Positions 58,820-64,000 of a stretch of DNA of 64,000 nt are shown one piece after another. A program made the position numbers and the translations under genes. Each line of letters opens with the position of its first letter. Within the stretch, counting starts at the first letter, position 1. Under the pieces are notes generated by a model that was given only the letters and a program-made list of their open reading frames with translations, was not told where the DNA came from and made no database searches. Source of the DNA: Eledone cirrhosa (taxonomy: Eukaryota); the NCBI GenBank assembly GCA_964016885.1, contig OZ024755.1, positions 7,502,001 through 7,566,000 of the forward strand. Reading direction: 5' to 3'.

Positions 58820-60148
58820 ATATATATATATATATGTCTGTATATATATATATATATATGTCTTTGTATATATATATATATATATGTCTTTGTATATATA
58901 TATATATATGTCTGTATATATATATATATATATGTCTGTATATATATATATATATATGTCTGTATATATATATATATATATGTCTGTATATATATATATA
59001 TATATATATATGTCTGTATATATATATATATATATATATATGTCTGTATATATATATATATATATATATATGTCTGTATATATATATATATATATATGTC
59101 TGTATATATATATATATATATGTGTCTGTATATATATATATATATATATGTCTGTATATATATATATATATATATGTCTGTATATATATATATATATATG
59201 TCTGTATATATATATATATATGTCTGTATATATATATATATATATATGTCTGTATATATATATATATATATATGTCTGTATATATATATATATATGTCTG
59301 TATATATATATATATATGTCTGTATATATATATATATATGTCTGTATATATATATATATATGTCTGTATATATATATATATGTCTGTATATATATGTATA
59401 TATATATGTCTGTATATATATGTATATATATATATGTCTGTATATATATGTATATATATATATGTCTGTATATATATATATATATGTCTGTATATGTATA
59501 TATATATATGTCTGTATATATATATATATATGTCTGTATATGTATATATATATGTTTGTATATGTATATATATATGTTTGTATATATATGTATATATGCA
59601 TGTGTATCGTATATCAACACAGGCTTACATCTATGCTCATTTTTATGTTACAAAAGTGTGCATCGTTGCGATAAATGTATACAGTAAAGCTAGTGCACAC
59701 AAGCGTATATCTTAGCGTAAACAAACTCCATCCGTCATACTCTCCATATTTCGCTTCGCGCTCTCTCTGTGTCCATTTATTTCGCTTTCTCATTCGCCAT
59801 TTTATTATCATCTGCTATAATGTGTGAGGTAACGTTTCACTATTTCCCCATGTATATCTCATTTTAGTCGTCCTTTGCAAATAAATTGCTCAATTCGTTG
59901 AGGTTTAGTTTAGAATTTCACCTCTGTATGTAATCCTTTTACCACATGCTCTCTTTATAGGCAAGTTTAACACTGTAATGACGGCTGGTAAACTTTTAAG
60001 TACTATTACAATAAATATGTTATAGGTTACTGTAAATATTATAGATTACTTTACATTATGGAACTTTTGTATAAATATTAATATACACAAGCAAACAAAT
60101 CCGTCTTTCGCGTTTCTTTATCTTAACTATCTATCTATCAACCTTTAT

Positions 60149-60184
<36 letters not shown>

Positions 60185-60346
60185 GATAACAAAATATCGT
60201 TATAGGTAATCCAAATAGAGGTTGTGAATACTTCTTATTATGGATAATTTTAGCGCACGGCGTTGCTTGACTCAACAAGAGGTTTACGTAGATGACGAGT
60301 TTATGATTTCACTTGTATTATATGTAAGTTTATCTTCGAGTAATAA

Positions 60347-60699
60347 AATTGAAAAAGTGGAGAATAACATTGTCAACAGTACAAAAAAGGGGATTTATTT
60401 GCAGTCTAACAATTGTTTCACTGATAGAGTTGTAATTGTCTAAAAATTGCTGAACACTAAAAGCAGTGCCACTCAATTTTAAATACGATCTTAAATACGA
60501 TGTTAACTCTATTACATCTTCGGAAACTGTTCGCAAACAGTTTCCAAAGATCTAATAGAGTTAACATCGTATTTAAAATTGAATGGCACTGCTTTTAGTG
60601 TTCAGCAATTTTTAGACAACTCTATCAGTGAAACAATTGTTAGACTGCAAATAAATCCCCATTTTTTGTACTGTTGACCATGTTATTCTCTACTTTTTC

Positions 60700-60703
<4 letters not shown>
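60347..60703. repeat. Long inverted repeat (about 170-bp arms)
   Basis: Centred on ggaaactgtt-cgca-aacagtttcc, inside an element flanked by (TA)n. Confidence 0.9.
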
Positions 60704-60743
<40 letters not shown>

Positions 60744-60861
60744 TGTATACAAGGATGCAATTCACTTCTAGCACTCAACGCCATATTCCCAATGGGCAAT
60801 TTTATTTGGAAGAGAGCGGACTAAAAAAAAAATGTGTTTTTGCTTTGGTTGTCCGCCCCAG

Positions 60862-60896
<35 letters not shown>

Positions 60897-62012
60897 TGGT
60901 AACACAACAGTTAGTTCACCATACCGAGAACAATTGTTTCACCTTAGTAGGGTTGACAACCAAACCAAAAACACATTATATATATATATATATCGTTCTG
61001 ATCGATCGACAAACTCCCAGACCTCATTCGCTTGCCGAGTGGGGTGGATCTCGTTAAATGGGGCCAAGGAAACAATGTTTCCATTACTGATACAATCTAC
61101 CGGTCGCAACTCCTGGCAGAAGGAGCAACGTGAAATACAGTGTCTTGGTCAAGGATACATCGATTGCGAATCGTACTCTCTAACCACTCAGCCACGCACT
61201 TGAGATGGTCAATCGCGAAACTCGTGTCAAACGTGTATAAAAATAAAGATGATATATTGATACTCGTTTCTACTACTTATATATATATATATACAAACAC
61301 AATAATTGTTTTGAGTGTGAGTTTATCATCTTCATAAGCGACATATGATTGAGCGTAAAGTGTGTCACAAAATAGATATGTGCCGCTAATAAAGCCGTGA
61401 ACTCTCTGGATTATATGTGTATGTGTAGGCTTAAATATGAAGTGTGTGTGGTTACTTTTTGAGTGTATGTTGCTTTGTGAAGGCGTGTAGATAAAGTCTC
61501 TTCTGTTTGTGTATATCATTTGCGGTTGTGTGCACATGAAACGAAATGCGTCCATGATGTGTGCTTCTTTGTGAAGGTGTGTTTTCGAGTTTGTGTTACT
61601 TCGTGACTTCGGGGACATAGAATCTGGTGCGTGTGCGTGTTTGTGAAATATGGTCGTGTGTACATGTAATATAGTGTGACCGAATATTTATCGTTTGAAC
61701 CAATGGAGGGCCAACAGGCACAAAAACGTACACACGTAAACACGTAAACACACACAGATATACACATACACATTGTCACACACGAACACACACACACATC
61801 CCTACCCAAACACGCACATAAACACGCAAACATACGTGAACACAAACATGCACACACAGTGTTCACACACGTACACACACATGCACGTGTACACACACAT
61901 ACACACATACACATGCTCACACACGTAAATCCACACATGCACACACATACACATACTCACACATGTAAATCCACACATACATAGGTGTAGCTTGGACAGT
62001 GTTATCAATACT

Positions 62013-62097
<85 letters not shown>

Positions 62098-62190
62098 GCA
62101 TACATAGGTGTAGCTTGTACAGTGTTATCAATACTGACACACACACACACACAGGCATACATAGGTGTAGCTTGTACAGTGTTATCAATA

Positions 62191-62243
<53 letters not shown>

Positions 62244-62286
62244 GTATATGTACATATTTCTCTCTCTATATATATATATCTCTCTC

Positions 62287-62319
<33 letters not shown>

Positions 62320-62437
62320 ATATGTACTAGCTTACTAGCTATGACAATAGAGCGGCATCTTTAAAGAATATTGAAACTCTACTTCGGTATTCAGTACTCG
62401 TTCTTTCATCTATCAATTACACAGATAATGCTGCAAG

Positions 62438-62510
<73 letters not shown>

Positions 62511-63044
62511 GCTCATACATGGAAGCCACCACTGACACACGTGCACAAAATTACACATACTTTTATACATAGAAGCTCTGCAAATTGACTCACACACACG
62601 TATACATTCACACAAACATGCACGCACACACACACATACAAACACACACACACACACATACACACATACGCCCCTGTATATCATATGTGTAGACGTCTGT
62701 AATACCCGATGACTGACGCCTGCTTCAGTTTCTCTACATATGTTGTGAGGTTTATATCTGAGTGTCTTAGTTTCGCTCCAGTGATAACATCTCACACTAG
62801 AATCATTGAATCTTTAACTTTAAAGTCTCACTTCTCTCCTCCACACAATTAGGGCTTGACTTTAGCATGGGTCCTTCACATCTGATAGAATCATAGGAGC
62901 GGCGTCGTGACATACGGCATGTCTTGGACATTTAAACATGGCGAATCCCCCCCCCCCCTCCTCTCCATTTACTGTTATACGTTGATTAAATGAAATTTAT
63001 AGTAGAAGCGAGGTGAGGGGAGGATTGTCTGAGGAGGGGGGGTG

Positions 63045-63099
<55 letters not shown>

Positions 63100-63744
63100 A
63101 AATATATATATATATATATAAAATGAAATTTATAGTAGAAGTAAGGCGGCGGGGGGCAGATTGTCTGTGGAGGGGAGGGGTGGGTGATTATGTACTGAGA
63201 CAAGGTCAAGACTTAAACTTTAGTCAAAATATGTAACCAGTCTCTGTCTCTCTCTCTCTCTCCTTCTCTTTCAATCCAGTTGTCTGTCTATCTATCTCTC
63301 ACGCCCTCACTATCTTTCCCTCTCTCTCTCACCCTCTCTCTCTCTCTGTTTTTGTCTATCTGTCTATCTCTCACGCTCTCTTATCCACTTCTCTCTCACT
63401 ATCTCTCTCACTATCTCTCTCTCTCTCCCTCACTCACTCTCTCTGTTTTTGTCTACCTGTCTATCTATCTTTCACGCCCTCACTATCTCTTACCCACTTT
63501 CTCTCTCACCCCATCTCTCTCTCTCTCTCTCGCTCTCTCACCCCATCTCTCTCTCGCTCCCCCCCTCTCTCTCTCCTGTGCTCTTCGAGAAAATTAAGAG
63601 AGCGTAGAGAGAGTTGGTCTGTTGAATAGATATGTCTGGTGATTAGCGGAGCCGGTCGTTGAACAAAGAGGAAGGAATGAGTGGAGCCATCTGTCGACGT
63701 GATGACCAGCAAGAAGGGGAGACAATGGCTGTTGTGCGGTGTCG

Positions 63745-63812
<68 letters not shown>

Positions 63813-63938
63813 AGGAGCGTGTGTGATTGTTTAATAGGTTTGTATAGTTAAGTGCATTAAACATGCATTGAATAAGAACTCAATACTATTTGTGGAGTTA
63901 AAAAATTATTTTATTATCAGATGAAAAAACACACACAA

Positions 63939-63998
<60 letters not shown>

Positions 63999-64000
63999 GA

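Overview
Eukaryotic, AT-rich, extremely microsatellite-dense DNA. The repeat content ((TA)n/(CA)n/(TACA)n tracts, an abundant tRNA-derived SINE, an RTE LINE with C-terminal C2H2 fingers) resembles an octopod cephalopod genome; this is inference, not proof. The only host gene I can support is seven + strand exons (425-21233) that splice in frame into TM2-TM7 of an adhesion-class (family B2, latrophilin-like) GPCR; its last exon was not found. Its introns hold an intact antisense RTE LINE, an internally deleted R4/Dong-like RLE retrotransposon and SINEs. The most interesting signal is non-coding: five complete 470-471 bp tandem units plus a partial sixth (10461-12917), inserted in a (TA)n tract. 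Each unit carries a type I hammerhead ribozyme on the minus strand inside a hairpin-rich sequence, the architecture of a non-LTR retrozyme that could yield ~470-nt circular RNA. Several other unrelated small elements in (TA)n tracts carry whole, variant or half hammerheads, often as inversion-generated palindromes, suggesting a set of Penelope-associated ribozyme elements. Nearly all long ORFs in the track after 21 kb are microsatellite artefacts.
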